NCBI GenBank assembly: GCA_050230475.1
Contig: JBFLGF010000156.1
Location: 1 to 64,000 of the forward strand
From: Ancylonema sp.
Taxonomy: Eukaryota
DNA: 64,000 nucleotides
Reading direction: 5' to 3'
A model generated the notes under the pieces. The model was given only the letters and a program-made list of their open reading frames with translations. It had not been told where the DNA came from and did not search any database. The position numbers and the translations under genes were made by a program. Of this stretch, positions 29,669-44,553 are shown piece by piece (positions within the stretch are counted from its first letter, which is position 1; each line of letters starts with the position of its first letter).

Positions 29669-32600
29669 AAAATTAAACATTAGATGATTAAAATTTGGGT
29701 TAGAGGTTTTGCAGACATATCAGTGACGAGTAAACCTACTGAAGTGAGAATGGGAAAGGCAAAGGTAATCCTTGAGGATGGATTGCACGAGTGTCTTATT
29801 TGAAATGGATTCGGAGTTTTTCTATTGCACATCAAGCTGCAAAATTAGCTGCTCAAAAGTTGAATTTTCGAACTAAATTTTTACAATTGTCATGAGTGTT
29901 GTATGAAATAATTACAAAAATAGCTGAGCAACAAATGGTGTTTGTGATTTCTCCATGAACGTTGAATCTATTAGTTATTTATACTAGAAACTGAATAGAT
30001 GGTGTTTACAAACACAGTTAAATATATTCATGGTTGATGGTAAAAAAACAAAACTGATCTATATTGCAACTCTATGTAGATTAGCTGATTATTGCCATAT
30101 GATACATTTGTTAATAAAATCGTTTGGAAAATTCGTTTTGGAAGTTAGAAGGAGAATTGTGTTTTTTTTAACGTCTTCAGTAAATCACGACAATGTGATG
30201 ATAGATTTTGGATGTAGCAACAATATGACGAATCATAAAGAAAAATATAAAACTAATTTTTTTTTTATGGGCAGAATGTATTGATATAATGAATAAAGTT
30301 GCCACCAATCGAAAGAAAAGCGATGATTGTTATAAATTGGTAGAAAAAATTTGAGGATTTTCACTATCAATTAACAAAATTGTTTAAGAAGAAGTGGGCA
30401 TTGAATAAAAATTGAAGAACAAACATTTTTCAAAAATCAAACGATTAATAATTAACAACTAACAAGATTTTGTTTCAGAAACATGTAGATATTATTTTGC
30501 TTTTTCTGCTTTTCTGCTAATGAAAGAAAATAATGTTTGAGATAAAAGAAAATTAGGTTCTGTTTTGTAACTCCCAACTACTAATGAATAACGAACAACT
30601 ACCAACTAACGATTCACAACTAATAATGTGAATTGTGGATGATGAGAAAAAGGCCATACACCATCTAGAGGTAGAATTATGCTATCAATCTGTACTAAAT
30701 AATATTGAAGGTGGTTAGTTTTGTAGGCAAATGGACAAGATAATGGTCAATATGTTTTATTCAAGATCTTTCTAGAAACTCGTTTTTTGAATCTCTTGAT
30801 AGGGTTGACGACGATTACAAAGTACCATTCACTTCCTCGCACAACAAAGAATCTATTGACATAATATTTCACTTACTTCTTTCTTCTTGCGTCTAGGCAG
30901 TGAAGAGAGAGAGTTGGTCGATGTTCCCTGACACGCACATGTAGATGCTTTATGCCACTGATGTATTGGTAGTATTTGTGTGTGAAAATGAGGTGATGGG
31001 AAAGAGATGGTAAACATTGATATGTCAAAATATTACACTACTCACACAGACAGGCCATGGGCTTGTAGGGATAATATATGGTGAAGATATAACGAAACAT
31101 AGAAGTGGAAGTAATTTTGCGGGATATATTTTCATAAAAAAATGGATCAAAAGATAAATGTATCTAGCAGATATTATATGCAATATTCGATATGCAGAAA
31201 TCTTTCATGTCTAAGGATGAGATTGCATGGATGCAAATACCAACCAAACTCGCTATCAGCTTACACACAAATTGCAGGCTGATTTCTATAGCGGTTTCTG
31301 AGGTGTGCACAGTGCGAATGAGATTTTTGCTAATGTGTTATAATTTGCATATACATTTCTTGCATGGCTGCCTACACTCAATTTGCTGCGCAACAAATCT
31401 CGGTTGTCAAACAAACTTGCTACTCGATTTCTCCAAACACCAAGTACTCAACAAATGCCAACAACCACATCACTACGATACTATGCATGGCTGCCATGCA
31501 GCATCTCTTGCCTTCTTGCCTTCTAGTGGCATATTTCATCTAAGCTTTCCGTGGTATATAATTCACGATACAACAATGTTGCTCTCTAGACTGGTTGTGA
31601 CCCACGACAGACTGATCTTGATAGCAACACCGACGCTAGCCTGAGCCGCCGTATTTCGGCTATTGTATCAACAAATATGTGGACCTAGAGCCGCCTACCA
31701 TCATGTTGCAGGAAGTGTTCCTCCATGAAAGTTGTCGCTAATGGCAGAACAATCATGGCGCTCATCAATAATTAAGACCTTCATTTGCCAATCGAAAATT
31801 GTTTGCAAAATACGTCTGTCTTGGCACGTGCCAAATTGAAATGCCATTGCAAACACCCACGCATGTGTCAAACATGGTTCAAGGACGCAAATACCCGCAC
31901 CCGCACCCTTCACCATATAAGCACATTCACCCCATTCCCCGTAAATCGCCATAGAGGCATCTCATTGTATATTGTACGAAAGACCCATGAAGTACTTGTT
32001 GTGTGTCATGTTGGGTACATATAGATAAGACGATTCATAAGAGTTGGGTGGGTCAATCACAGTGCGACACTACCGAGATCTATTGGAGTCACACAATCTC
32101 TATACTACCCAAGTTTGATTCACAAACAATGATAACACGAAAATAATGGGTGGATTTTTAAAATAATGAATTGACGTCACATTACATCGCTCGATTCACA
32201 ACTCACAAACATTGGTGCCTCAACGTGATTGATTAGAAATTACACGCTAGACACTTCTAGCCAATAATAACGTGCCACTATACTCAATTATATGACAACA
32301 TATCGAAACGGATACTGTGACCGAGTAACGATTCAGATCGAGTCATGCATCACAATTCCTAGTGAGCTAATCCCGTGCCTACAATTTGGGTGCCTGGGTG
32401 GAGTTGCACCTAGCCCCTTGTCAACATGATTAGATATACAAGCTGGCATATTTGACGAGTCATATCCAAAAAGTGCACGTTATGCTCTAATGCGAATTCA
32501 ATCGTATTTGGGCTTTTGACCGTTTTTTGTACACAAAAATATTTAGGTCTAGAAAGTATATTTCTGTATTTTTTTTGTAATATCGCGTACACTCATGCTC

Positions 32601-33116
32601 ATATCGAATTACGCCACAAGTGAGCTTTCCTGACGGACAAATACTAGGACTGGGCTCTCCGAACCGTAGTACCCCCCCCGATCCGGCCTAGTTCGTCAAA
32701 AATTTCGGATTTGCTAGACAAACTTTAAAATGGTGATTTTTTTCGCCCATCGATGTATGGAGATAGTAAAGCCCTTATAAGCTTTGTTGTAATTCTGAAC
32801 CATTTTTTTGAAGTAAAATAATGAATTGATCCGATCCTTCCTTTACGTAATTATGTTGGGATCCTCATCTCTGCAGTGTACAACAACGATTATCGTTCTT
32901 GGCATACAAGACAAGCACACAAGTAGACAGAGACATGACATATGCCAAGTCATGGATGTCAAGCATGTGCATTCTCTTACACCCAACAATCCGTCATCCA
33001 ACGAACGGGAGAAGAACGTCGAATATTTCCTCAACCGTGCTTGTATCAAGGGATTCTTTGTGAACGTAATACAAATCCGGCGACTGTTCATACTACCTCA
33101 ACGCTTTTCGTGGTCA

Positions 33117-35660
33117 TTATTTCTGGAAATTGATGGAATATGAGCCAGTCGCTGGATCTTTGACGGCCTTGAAGTTGTCCACACTCATACCAAAGTGGCC
33201 GAGAACCGAGTTCCCCAAATCCTTTAGCTTTCCTGCAAACAAAAAAAACCCAAGATGACTTCTTAGCCACATCATACTTCATCTTTAAAAAGGCCCAAAC
33301 AATTTTTGTTATCCGGCATTTATCATTCACTTCACTCCCTACCTCCTTACCAAACGAACCACTTGATAATCGAAATTGAATACATGAATAGCCACCATTT
33401 GGATTTAAAACTGAGATGTTTCTGCCCATCGCACCCGACAGCACCTAACAACAAAATAACGACCAATCACAGGAATCGAATTCCACAAACTGAGACACGT
33501 CACGACACGACATCTTTGGCGGGAAGACGTAGAAGCAAACCATGCCATCGGGCTCAGTTGTTGAGCTCACCTAGCATTTCATCCTTCATCTTCTCCCGTT
33601 TCTCGTTCACAACGGGCTCCAATCTGGCTATGGCTGTTGCCGCTGCCCTATTGCCCGCTTCCAGTTCCAACACTTTCTTCACGTCTGACACCCACCTCCC
33701 CATCCCGATGCAACGGATGTCAATATCAAACCTCTCTCCCGAATCTCACTCCACCCCCGTTCCAAAAGAGTCATTGTGTCCCGCCCTTCCCTCCAAGATG
33801 CATTGCCGTCACATCTATGAAGGTCGATTACTTTTACCCTCAACCGTGAATGGACATCAAAGTACAGATGTATCTATATATAATATATGTAATGATATCA
33901 TACAAATTATTATAATATATATAATTATATATAATTATATATACATATACATATACATATATATATAAATATATATATATATGTGTATATATATATGTCT
34001 ATATAGATATATGTATACAAGTATATATGTATATATGTATACATATGTATATATATATACAAATATGTATATACATATGTATATATATATGTATATATAT
34101 ACATACATATATATATATATGTGTATATATACATATAGATACATATATATATATACATATAAATATGTATATATATATGTATGTATATATATATATGTAT
34201 ATATATACAGATATATATATATACATATGTATATATATGTATATATATATATGTATATATATATACATGTATATATATATATATGTATATATATATGTAT
34301 ATACATATATGTATATATACATATATGTATATATATATAGATATATATACACACATATATATAAATTATATATATATATATACATATATATTATTACATA
34401 TTAATATTGATATTATATCAATATTATATTAATTTTATTGATATATAATCAATATAATCACAACTCTATGTGCACAAGAAGAACCCTTGGAAGGCCCTCC
34501 TGAAGCTTCGCTGACCTCCCAGAGCCTCCTCCTGATGTTCCAGATGCTCGTGTGCCTCACTTCTCCGCAGCAGAGCTTTCACATACTCTGGTTTCAGTTC
34601 CACGGCGGCCGTGCATTCCCTGACAGCTTCCTCATACGCCTCCTGCGTTCGCAGCAACATACATCCTTCTTCTCAGCAACATCTTCCACCCAGCCCCAGG
34701 ATGGCCCCCTCCCAGTTTGCGGATCTATAGTAGAGAGGTATTCTACGAGAAAGCGGGGTCTCAAAAATGGAGGCTATGGAAGTTTTATGGGCATGACACT
34801 CCTCCGAGTTCTTGTTAGTCAGATAAAAGAAGGACAAGGTATTAAAAGAAGAACAATTTTTTTGGCTGCAGGGAGGTGACAGGTAAGCATTCGAGATTTC
34901 CTGGCCTGAATACATCTTGTCAGCTAGCTCAATCCCATTCGCGTCCAATGTGTAGGTACCCATGGCTCAGATATCAAAGTAAATCAATGCAAAGCCACAA
35001 CCACCCTCATTCAGGACAAATGAGACGCAGAAAACGGTACAAGAAGGGCGATGTTGCTTACTAGGTGGATGTGGCAGATGCCACTGTTCAAATGAAGGGC
35101 AGCCCTTAGGGCTACTGGTAGCTCCTCGTCAGGGGCGGCTTCCAGAGCCGCCCTGTAGCTGTCCAAAGCGTCTCGGTACAGTCCCTGCTTGAATTGCTCA
35201 GTGCCAGCGACTTTCAGACCCTCTGCTTCCGCCAGGTTGCTCTGACACCGCGACCACAGCACAGCGGGGACTGCTGTCAGGACCTCGTCTTACTGTGGTG
35301 TCGGTCGTGAATTGGTGTTGTTTTAACTACCACGCATGCATGCCAGCTTTTCAGAGATGCAACGGCTCGGTCATCTGACGCGTGCACGTGTGGATAGAGT
35401 CCCGGAAAACACGGAGCGATCAGGTTCATTGGACAATAGCTGAAATGATTCCTGCGATCACCCCCCGATACCTTCTGCAAATCTTCTTGGGAAAATGCAT
35501 CCTCAAATGTCTCTTCCGAGGAGACTGTCTCTTTCCCCCGTGCAGAGTTTCCATTTTCTCCATGGCTGGGCGGCAATACAACGTCTCTGTCACTCCTTGT
35601 ATCGCTCTGAAAAGCTGGATCAGGAGCTTCCACAGTCTTATCCTCAGTGATGATTGCCAT
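33117..35660 (-). CDS. Tetratricopeptide repeat protein 1 (TTC1/TPR1-like co-chaperone), copy A, 5 exons
   Basis: TPR exons [56 protein letters not shown] and [20 protein letters not shown]. The last exon (33232-33117) encodes [38 protein letters not shown], the TTC1-type C-terminus. Confidence 0.92.
33870..34450. repeat. Imperfect (AT)n/(AC/GT) microsatellite in a TTC1 intron
   Basis: Long run of atat with interspersed acat/atgt. Confidence 0.95.
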
Positions 35661-36646
35661 GGAGAAGTTCTTCCTGAAAAATTAGTGTCTGCTGGACTAG
35701 AGAATGCGGATGAGGAGGAAAAAGATCAGGCGACCGATTCCTTTTTACAGCTCGAAAAATACGAGACGGAAGAACACCAACCGGAGATTATGTCGAACAG
35801 TACAAGGTCGCCTAAAATATAGATTTTCAAATCACCATGTAGATATATATATATACTTTGACTGTCTCTCCTACGCTTTTCTCGCACCTTTGCCCTTCCT
35901 TTCAGATCCCAGATTCAAAATGAGACATTAGTCACTTTTTTGCCCGATTGTGGATGTCAAATTATGCAGGAATAGTAGTATTCTGCAACCACTGATTGAC
36001 AACAGCACCAAACCAACTGATCATAATTTTGCTGGCTCAGTACTGCAGCACTCTGACATTTCAGCACTGTTAAAATGGAAGGATGCAGTTATCCTAGGGA
36101 ATGTAATGGGACTGAAATCGTATTTCAGGTATTCAATGTCTAACTTGAGCGATGGCGTAGGCCAGATTTTCCACGAGGAAGCTGAGGGGCATATAACATG
36201 GTAGGGGCGTAGTCATGGAGCACGCGTTGGCTGTACCGGGTATCTGTTGTATGTGTTGCAAGTTGACCAACCTGTTCCCTGTTCTACCAATGAAACCTGC
36301 CGAACGTTGGTCGAGTAAACCGCTACCGGTATTCGCAGGCAAACGTTGTTACAAAAAACACTTACAAAACATCGAAGCCATCTGTCATTAAAGTCAACGC
36401 CACGTAGATCCGCAGTTGATGGAATCAGTGCCAGATTCTCGCTGTCGCTGTCGCTATCGCTGTCGCTGATTGTGACGGCCGAAACTTTCGTACTCCGTCT
36501 GCGCAGCGCCTGTGCTGCTATGGAAAATATACTCCACCGCATTCCGTGTACATGATTAATTCAGTGAGCTATATCGTCGCAGACGGGGTGAGTTACATTT
36601 TCAGGCGAGTCGAGACACAAGTGTGCAGTTATTGAGCACCGAGCAC

Positions 36647-38358
36647 ATGGCATACGGTTTATGGACGGCTATTGCCGCATTCTTAGCTGCTGGAGTTTCA
36701 GTGTTAGTCGCAGACCCTTTCGAGCTAAGTCCCATCGCCAAATACGACTTCACGCCTAAAATTGTGCATTTACCTCCACTGTCAACATTCAGCATTCGGC
36801 GAGATCATAACAATTCTTTGAAGCACGCAAAAGTTAAATTCAGTAACGAAATATTTGGACCCGAGAGCATCGCTTTCGACCCGTCTGGAGGTGGTCCATA
36901 CACTGGGCTCGGTGATGGGAGAGTTGTGAAGTGGAATGGTTCGCATCTTGAAACATTTGCAGTCACATCTCCACACAGGTACATTTTCCTGCATTTTTGG
37001 TCTCACGAATTGAGGGAACACATGAGGATTGGATCTTGACGGGAACACTCAACCTTCACCTCATCCAAATTCGCGCGTCGCGCATAATCTGAAAACAATT
37101 TTGAATACGAATTCAGTGTGACTGCAGTGGTGCACCCACTATTAATCTGTCCACAATGCACCGACGCTGATGGCAGCCTCGGTCATGACCTTTATGCGGC
37201 CTTGACACATTTTTCTCTCTCGATGACATTACTAGCCATTTGATTCCTGGATAGGGTGAATTGCAGTATGTTGAGTCCATGCGGGTACCACTTCCGGAAA
37301 GTATGGTAGTGACTAGGAGTACACTCGGTCTTTGCTGACTGCCTAGTCCGGCACCACTCCACCTCTTAGCTTCCAGCTCTATGGCAAAGCATCGCCTCTC
37401 CGCTTGTGTCCCAATGGCGATAATCGCGGAGCTTGTTTTTCGTGACAGAACCCCAGAGTGCGACCTGGCTGTCCCAGGACCGAATTTACCTCTAGAGCAT
37501 GTCTGTGGGCGACCCCTGGGACTCCGCTTCCATCCCAAAACGGGCGATCTTTATATCTGCGACGCATATTTCGGATTGATGGTCGTCGGGCCAGAAGGTG
37601 GCCTAGCCAAGGTTCTCGCAAACCAGGCTGAGGGAGTTCCTTTCACGTTCACCAATGACCTGGACATCGGCGCCGATGACACCATATACTTCACCGTCAC
37701 AAGCACCAAGTACCACCGGCGGTAAGATGGTAGAGTGCATTGAGACAGCCCTCCCTCCAATGTGATAACCGCATCTCGACAAGAACATGCCCCCCCTCTG
37801 AGGTCATCGACAGCTCCATAGAGTCCAGGGACAGTGCTTCAAATCTCATGCCTCGAGACTCCTCTCTCACATAACGAGGTCGCATAGCACCCGATTGTCC
37901 GTTATTTAGGGACTATGGCGCGCTGCCAGCCACACTGCGTGGCAGTATAGGTGGCTGTAGCGACGTGTTTGATAGGAAGGAGAGGCAAGAGTGGCTCGAT
38001 CGCTGCCCACTTCTATGACGCAAGGAAAGCCATCATCGCTTCATTGTCGCTTCATTTGGTGTTGCAGCAACTTCATTCTGAACTGGATTGAGATGGGGGG
38101 GGGTGGCCTCCTGCTGAAATACGACCCTACCTCCAAGGCAACCACAGTTCTCCTTCGAGATTTGTACTTTCCAAATGGCGTGTCTATCTCAAACGATGGA
38201 ACGTTTTTGCTCTTCTGTGAGACCTCTCTACTACGGTGAGGCCCTCTTGGGCAGATGACTTCCTCTCTTTCTCGCAAGATATATACATATATATAATCTA
38301 TAATATATATATATATATATAATATATAATATATATAATATATATATATAAAAATATA

Positions 38359-38390
<32 letters not shown>

Positions 38391-38401
38391 CATATATATA
38401 T

Positions 38402-38464
<63 letters not shown>

Positions 38465-38498
38465 CATATACATACATATATATATATATAATAAATAT

Positions 38499-38560
<62 letters not shown>

Positions 38561-39341
38561 GCTTGAAGATCGGAAATCAGTAACCATTTTTCTTCCGATA
38601 TCTGGATTTGCACAAGAGTGTTAAAAAAATGTGTTCATTTACGCCCGATTGGTGAGATGAAAAAGTGGTATGCAGTAGTAGTATACTGCATAAAGAAGAT
38701 TTATAAGCATTCTCAGTATACAACTTTCATTTGAGTGTGATAATGTGTTTCCTTATAAAGAAGGGGAAAGTATTATGCTAAACAGCCGCATGCCAAGGTT
38801 CATTTCTGTATGCTGAAAGGCGATTGATGGTGTGTATTAGTGGGTTCTCACCCTGGCCGAATCCTCACCTTGGGGAAAGCCGTTGTGGGTTATCACTGTT
38901 GCAGATGATTCGTTATAACGAAATAAAGATGACAAAGCTGGATGTTTGCTTGTTTGTTTAAAAGCAACGACAAATAAAAGACGATCCTTTTGTCACTTGT
39001 TTCTCGAATGATTTTCATTCAAGACACCATTTTGCTAAGGAGGAGTGGAGAGCTTACCTATTTTTATTTTAAACTGTGGGTATGTAGTGGCTTTGGCGGC
39101 TCGTCCATGGGCAAGAACAGCTCTGCTTCGGCTTCCAATCGACGTAAAGCTCGTCTACCTTTTGGGTAACGGCTTGCCCCATGGAGTGGTGATGGAGATG
39201 GATGGGAGCGGGACTATCACACGCATCTTGGAGGATCGGCATGGAAAAGTGGTCAAGGCTGTTAGTGAGGTGGAAGAGCACAACAATCAGTTGTGGATTG
39301 GATCCGTCGTCATGCCCCGAATTGTTGTCTACGACTTGTGA
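36647..39341 (+). pseudogene. Strictosidine synthase-like (SSL) gene, copy A, lacking exon 4
   Basis: Exons 36647-36978, 37449-37721, 38068-38235 and 39088-39341 ([35 protein letters not shown]). The 143-nt exon 4 of copy B is absent, so splicing would frameshift. Confidence 0.7.
38280..38555. repeat. (AT)n microsatellite in SSL copy A intron 3
   Basis: Direct read. Absent from the equivalent intron of copy B (about 49230). Confidence 0.95.
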
Positions 39342-40268
39342 ACAGTGCTAAAAAAAATCACAATGCACAACTGTTTTGTTTCTTCGCACAATAGTCGGAG
39401 TCTTTTAATATTGCTCTGGTTGTTCATTTCTGTTTGTATGGTACACCAACTTCGTACATAAGAGAATCAAGAGGCGCTTTGGTTATAATCGGTTTTTCGT
39501 TATAGACGCGAATGGTTTATCGCAGAGAGCGTGTATTAATAATCGCATTTGATGTAGGAGTTGGCATCAGTCGTGTACACACACATTTGTCATTCCTTCG
39601 TCTAAAAGTACACTCTCTTAGGAAAGTTGCTAAATTCGAGAATGTACATCAAACCACATGACCATTGTAAGTGTCCATGTTATACAAGTTTACCAAGGTC
39701 AACTAGCGGTTTTATTTTTGTATGATATTCAATAATTCTGAGATTGCATTTTTAGTCGGCATACTAGCCAACAAATTCCTCAAATGAATTTGTGTGTGTG
39801 TTATGAAGTGTTTGTTATAGCATTTTGCACGCCGTCTTGTGTATGCCACAGTGGAATGTTTGTGATGGATGTGGGCGACAATATTTCATTCAGTCGCATA
39901 TCAGCACACCAGAAAAGTCCGACAAAAGAAACAACACATGTGCGCACGTGTTGTTTACTTAGTGTAGCTGAGGCTAGAGTTTAATCTGACTATAAAATAG
40001 TCGTGGGTATGTGACTCACTCGAAAATGCACACAATTGTCGACAAGAGCCTTCCTTACTTCAAACCACATTGTCTAGCCAATTTTTGCTATTTTGAAGGA
40101 TTTTTTTGTAAAAATGACGCACTAACAACTTGGAATCGAGGGTTCTTTCCAAACGTGAGGTGAGTTGAGATACACGCACCGATTTGTCGAGACGTACTAC
40201 ATTCAAAGTGTCATCTCACTTCCCGAGCAGGCATCTACAATTTACACGCACAAGCACCCAGCTTGTGC
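38941..40268. repeat. Block apparently identical to 49928-51255 (SSL last exon plus downstream)
   Basis: Constant offset 10987 from gatgtttgcttg to cccagcttgtgc. The predicted ORFs are identical. Confidence 0.92.
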
Positions 40269-42786
40269 TTTTCAAGTGAATTCAGGTTGCATTCATCTAG
40301 TTTGTTATTAGCCTTCTGTTAATTCGCTTCGTTTCCTCAGTGACCATCGTTTAAGTTTTAGGAAGGAGTACAGGGAAAGTAAGTATCGTGACCCAAGAAA
40401 ACATTCTGTACCAATGTAGGTGAAAGCAACTGCCGGTGACACTCACCTGGGAGGAGAGGACTTTGACAACCGAACTGTGAATCACTTCGTCGGAGAGTTC
40501 AAGAGGAAGTATAAGAAAGACATCAGCAGCAACCCCCGAGCAGTTAGACGCCTACGAACTGCCTGTGAACGTGCCAAGCGAACTCTGTCTTCAACTGCCC
40601 AGACCACTATCGAAATTGACTCTTTGTACGAGGGTATCGACTTCTACTCCACCATCACCCGCGCTCGATTTGAGGACTTGAACATGGACATGTTCAGGAA
40701 GGTACGCAAACCCAAAAATTCAACTCATCATGCTAGGCATGTCGTGTTGTCTCCGAAGTTTTTGTTACTTCAGACAAATTTTACTCATGACATGACTATA
40801 TATGCTGCAGTGCATGGAGCCAGTGGAGAAGTGCCTACGCGATGCGAAGATGGACAAATCATCCATCCACGACGTTGTATTGGTGGGAGGGTCCACCCGC
40901 CTCAGGTTCAGCAGCTCCTCCAAGATTTCTTCAACGGAAAGGAAGTGTGCAAAAGCATCAATCCCGACGAAGCTGTTGCATATGGTGCAGCTGTCCAGGT
41001 ATGGTTCTGTATGGGGTAAATATACGTAGGAAAGCTCGATACCTACAGCACATCAAATGAGAGTGATGTGTCGTTCCTACAAATATATCTGCCGCTGCCT
41101 GTGCCCTTGCACCCTATGGTATTTAATATTATGATGGTATGTGGCTGAAGTGCAGGCTGCCATTCTCTCCGGTGATGGCAATGAGAAGGTTCTGGACTTG
41201 TTGCTGCTGGATGTTACCCCTCTCAGCCTGGGTCTGGAGACAGCTGGTGGTGTGATGACAACTTTGATCCAGAGAAATACTACTATCCCAACCAAGAAAG
41301 AGCAAGTGTTCTCTACGTATTCTGACAACCAGGTATGGAAATAAAAGCAGAGAGAGGTGCATGTAAATCGGCTTGTATGAATTTAATTTGAAACAATTAG
41401 TTGCCTGTCAGGGTGTTTCTGTTCCCAAAAAACTAAATAAAAATCATCCAGGTTTAAGCTACTTCTGCTGTGCAGCCTGGTGTGTTGATCCAAGTGTACG
41501 AGGGTGAGCGAACACGGACAAAGGACAACAACTTGCTGGGCAAGTTCGAGCTCTCCGGCATCCCTCCTGCCCCACGGGGTGTGCCTCAAATCACTGTGTG
41601 CTTCGATATCGATGCCAACGGCATTCTGAACGTGTCTGCTGAGGACAAGACCACAGGGTAAGGAGTGAACACTCGTATTCCTCTGTGAATTGTATATTGC
41701 ACATATCCCCTCTGTAAATTTAAGTGTATCGAAAGGAAGTGGAGGGAGTTTTATCGAGAAGTGCCGTCGTCACTGTGTTCACAGACAAAAGAACAAGATC
41801 ACCATCACCAACGACAAGGGGCGTCTTAGCAAAGAGGAGATCGAGAAGATGGTGCAGGTGAGGAATATCTCGCACACATGTGTACCAGTAGTACATCCGA
41901 GGATGTTTTGAAAATTTATGTCTGTAGCTTGTTTGCTTTTACATGTTTATGGTTGTACTTGTATTGAAATACAACAGGTGATTGGTGAGGGCAGGAAGCT
42001 GAGAAGTACAAGTCAGAAGACGAGGATCATACGAAGAAAGTGGAGTCAAAGAATGCGTTGGAGAACTATGCCTACAACATGCGCAACACCATCAGGTATG
42101 AGGCACACTATCAGGTATTATGGTCGAGCAACTTTTAATTATTGTCAGAATCAGAGTTGGGTGTGTTGGTCAACAGACAAATGTGTTGCAGGCTGTTTGC
42201 GCCCTCTGTCCTACCTATGCAGTTCGTTCCTGCACAATACAGCCCTCATCATAATTAATTGAACTGTTTGCAGAGACGACAATGTGGCGGGTAAATTAGA
42301 TCCGGCTGACAAGAAGAAGATTGAGGATGCTGTCGAAGAGACGGTTACTTGGTTAGATGCTAACCAGCTGGGTGAGACTGATGAGTTTGACGACAAGCTG
42401 AAGGAATTGGAGGGACTATGCAACCCCATTATTTCCAAAATGTACCAGGTACATCACTCATCCATTACACTCTGTTGTCATGTAGAGTCTTGAGAGTCTG
42501 TGGCTGTGGATGATAAACTAAATTTAAGAGCTTTGTTTAAAAAAATTGAGAGAATTGTAGACCGGGTGATTGCATGATCAAATCAGGAGATGATTGGACA
42601 ATTGTACAATGACTGGACAAAAACCTAGAGTGGATGATAGAGGGAGTAATTATTTGTTGTGTATATGTGCAGGGCGGGGGAGGTGGAGCACCTGATGCAG
42701 GAGGAGCTAACTATGGTGGTGATGAGTCTGCTGGCGGTGCTGGTCCTAAGATTGAGGAGGTGGATTGAAAAATTAAACATTAGATG
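40269..42786 (+). pseudogene. HSP70: 5'-truncated duplicate of HSP70 (intron 4 to stop) with a 4-bp frameshifting deletion
   Basis: Matches 27165-29686, introns included. Lacks the promoter and exons 1-4. ACCCG-TATC-CCTCAG has become ACCCGCCTCAG at about 40900, and the offset shifts from 13104 to 13100. Confidence 0.9.
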
Positions 42787-44553
42787 GTACGAGGACTTGT
42801 GTCTCGTTTGGAGGTGAAGTTATGCCATCAATTTGTACTGACTGATATTGAAGGTAGACAGTTTTGTAGACAAGATATAAAGAACACGAAGGATAGGGTA
42901 TAACCTGGTTCAGGTTTTTCCAGAAACTTGTTTTTTTAACCTCTTGGTAGGGTTGATGACGATTACAAAGTATCATTCACTTTATTGCACAACAAGGAAT
43001 GTATCACCATATTTCACCTTCTGCTTAATCTTTGATTTGTGTTGAGTAAAGAGAGGATGTTGGATGATGCATACTGTTGCAGACAGGTATATTTTTGTGA
43101 GGTTGATGTGTTGGGAATATTTACATGTGAGAATGATGTGATGGGATAAAGGTGGTAAACATTGTCTGTTGTTATGTAAAGCCAAACATAACACATTGGT
43201 ATCAAATATGCACAGACAGCATATACATAGAGTTTAAGTAGACAATATACTCCCAATGCAAATAAGCCCATTTGGTAAAGAATCTTACTAAAAATTAAGA
43301 CCAAAAAATTGAAAATCTATTACACTAATTGAAAAAGAAGAGTAAAATTACTTGTGTAATCTGCTAATTAAATCTGTTACAAAATTACTCGGTAATCAAA
43401 AATTGCGGATGGAAATTGTGATCGGAAAAGTAAATACTCTACAATATGCGGCCCTGAAGGGAAAAAAAAAGACGAAGTGGTTTTTGTCCAATGAAACAAT
43501 TGTTGTTAAATGTTTTGTGTACACGAATAACAAAATTGACTGTGAATTTGTTGAACTAAATACAGTTATAGATTGGTGAATAGATATGAGTGAAATGATT
43601 TTTGTCACAGAATGATAGGATTAAAATAGCAGACGAATGTATTGATAATAATTTGTCATCAATTTATATAGCCTGTTGCATGTCCCCACAAACATTGGTA
43701 CCTTTCTCTGAGAAATTGACACAGATGTGCAAAATATTTCTTGCCAGTAGTAACACTCGTCTAAATTCAATTACAGTGACCAGTAATACCTTCAATTGAA
43801 TTATGTATCACGATTCGTAGAAAGCTAATCGTGTGCATATAAATTCGCTGCTCAATTGGTATTGTATCTAACCCTTTCCAACACAGTCAAGCACAGAAGG
43901 CAATATATCTAACTGGGTATATACAAAAAGTGCAGAAAATACATTCAAGGCGAATTCAATCATCCTTAGCGCTTTTCACCGTTTTTTGTACACAAAAATA
44001 TACATGTCTCGAAAATATTTTTCCATATTGTTTTTGTAAAATCGCCTATATTCATGTAACTTATATCTAATTACACCACATGTGAGCTATCCTCATGGGT
44101 AAATACCCGGAATGGGCTCTCAAAACCATAGTATCCCCCCCGATTCAACTCAATTCGTCAACATTTTTCACAATCGCGGGAGATTTATTCAATTAAAAAT
44201 GATGATTTCTTTCGCCCCCTTATGTAAACTTCGATGTAATTCTGAACCATTTTTTTGTAAAATATTGAATTGTTCCGATCCTTCCTTATCATAATCATTT
44301 CGGGCTCGCTATCTCTGCACTGTACAACATCAATTATCGTACTTGGCATACGACACAAGCACACAAGTAAACCGAAATATGAAATATGCCAAGTCATGGA
44401 TGTCAAGCATGTGCATACTCTTACACAGAACAATCCGCTATCCAAAGAACAAGAGAAAAATATTTCCTCAATTTTGCTAGTATCAAGACATTCTTTTTGT
44501 AAATGATACAAATCTGGCAACTGTTCATACTTCCTAAAAGCTTTCTGCATTCC

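Noticed and set aside
32826..33143. ORF similar to 44270-44506 (apparent conserved small gene)
   Set aside because: The similarity is explained by the duplication of the TTC1 3' region. The ORF ends differ and there is no motif.
33925..34432. Ile/Tyr-rich ORFs
   Set aside because: Translation artefacts of the (AT)n microsatellite.
36213..36542. 109-aa minus ORF with an SD repeat between TTC1 and SSL
   Set aside because: The frame is not preserved in copy B, and the SD run comes from a (TCGCTG)n repeat.
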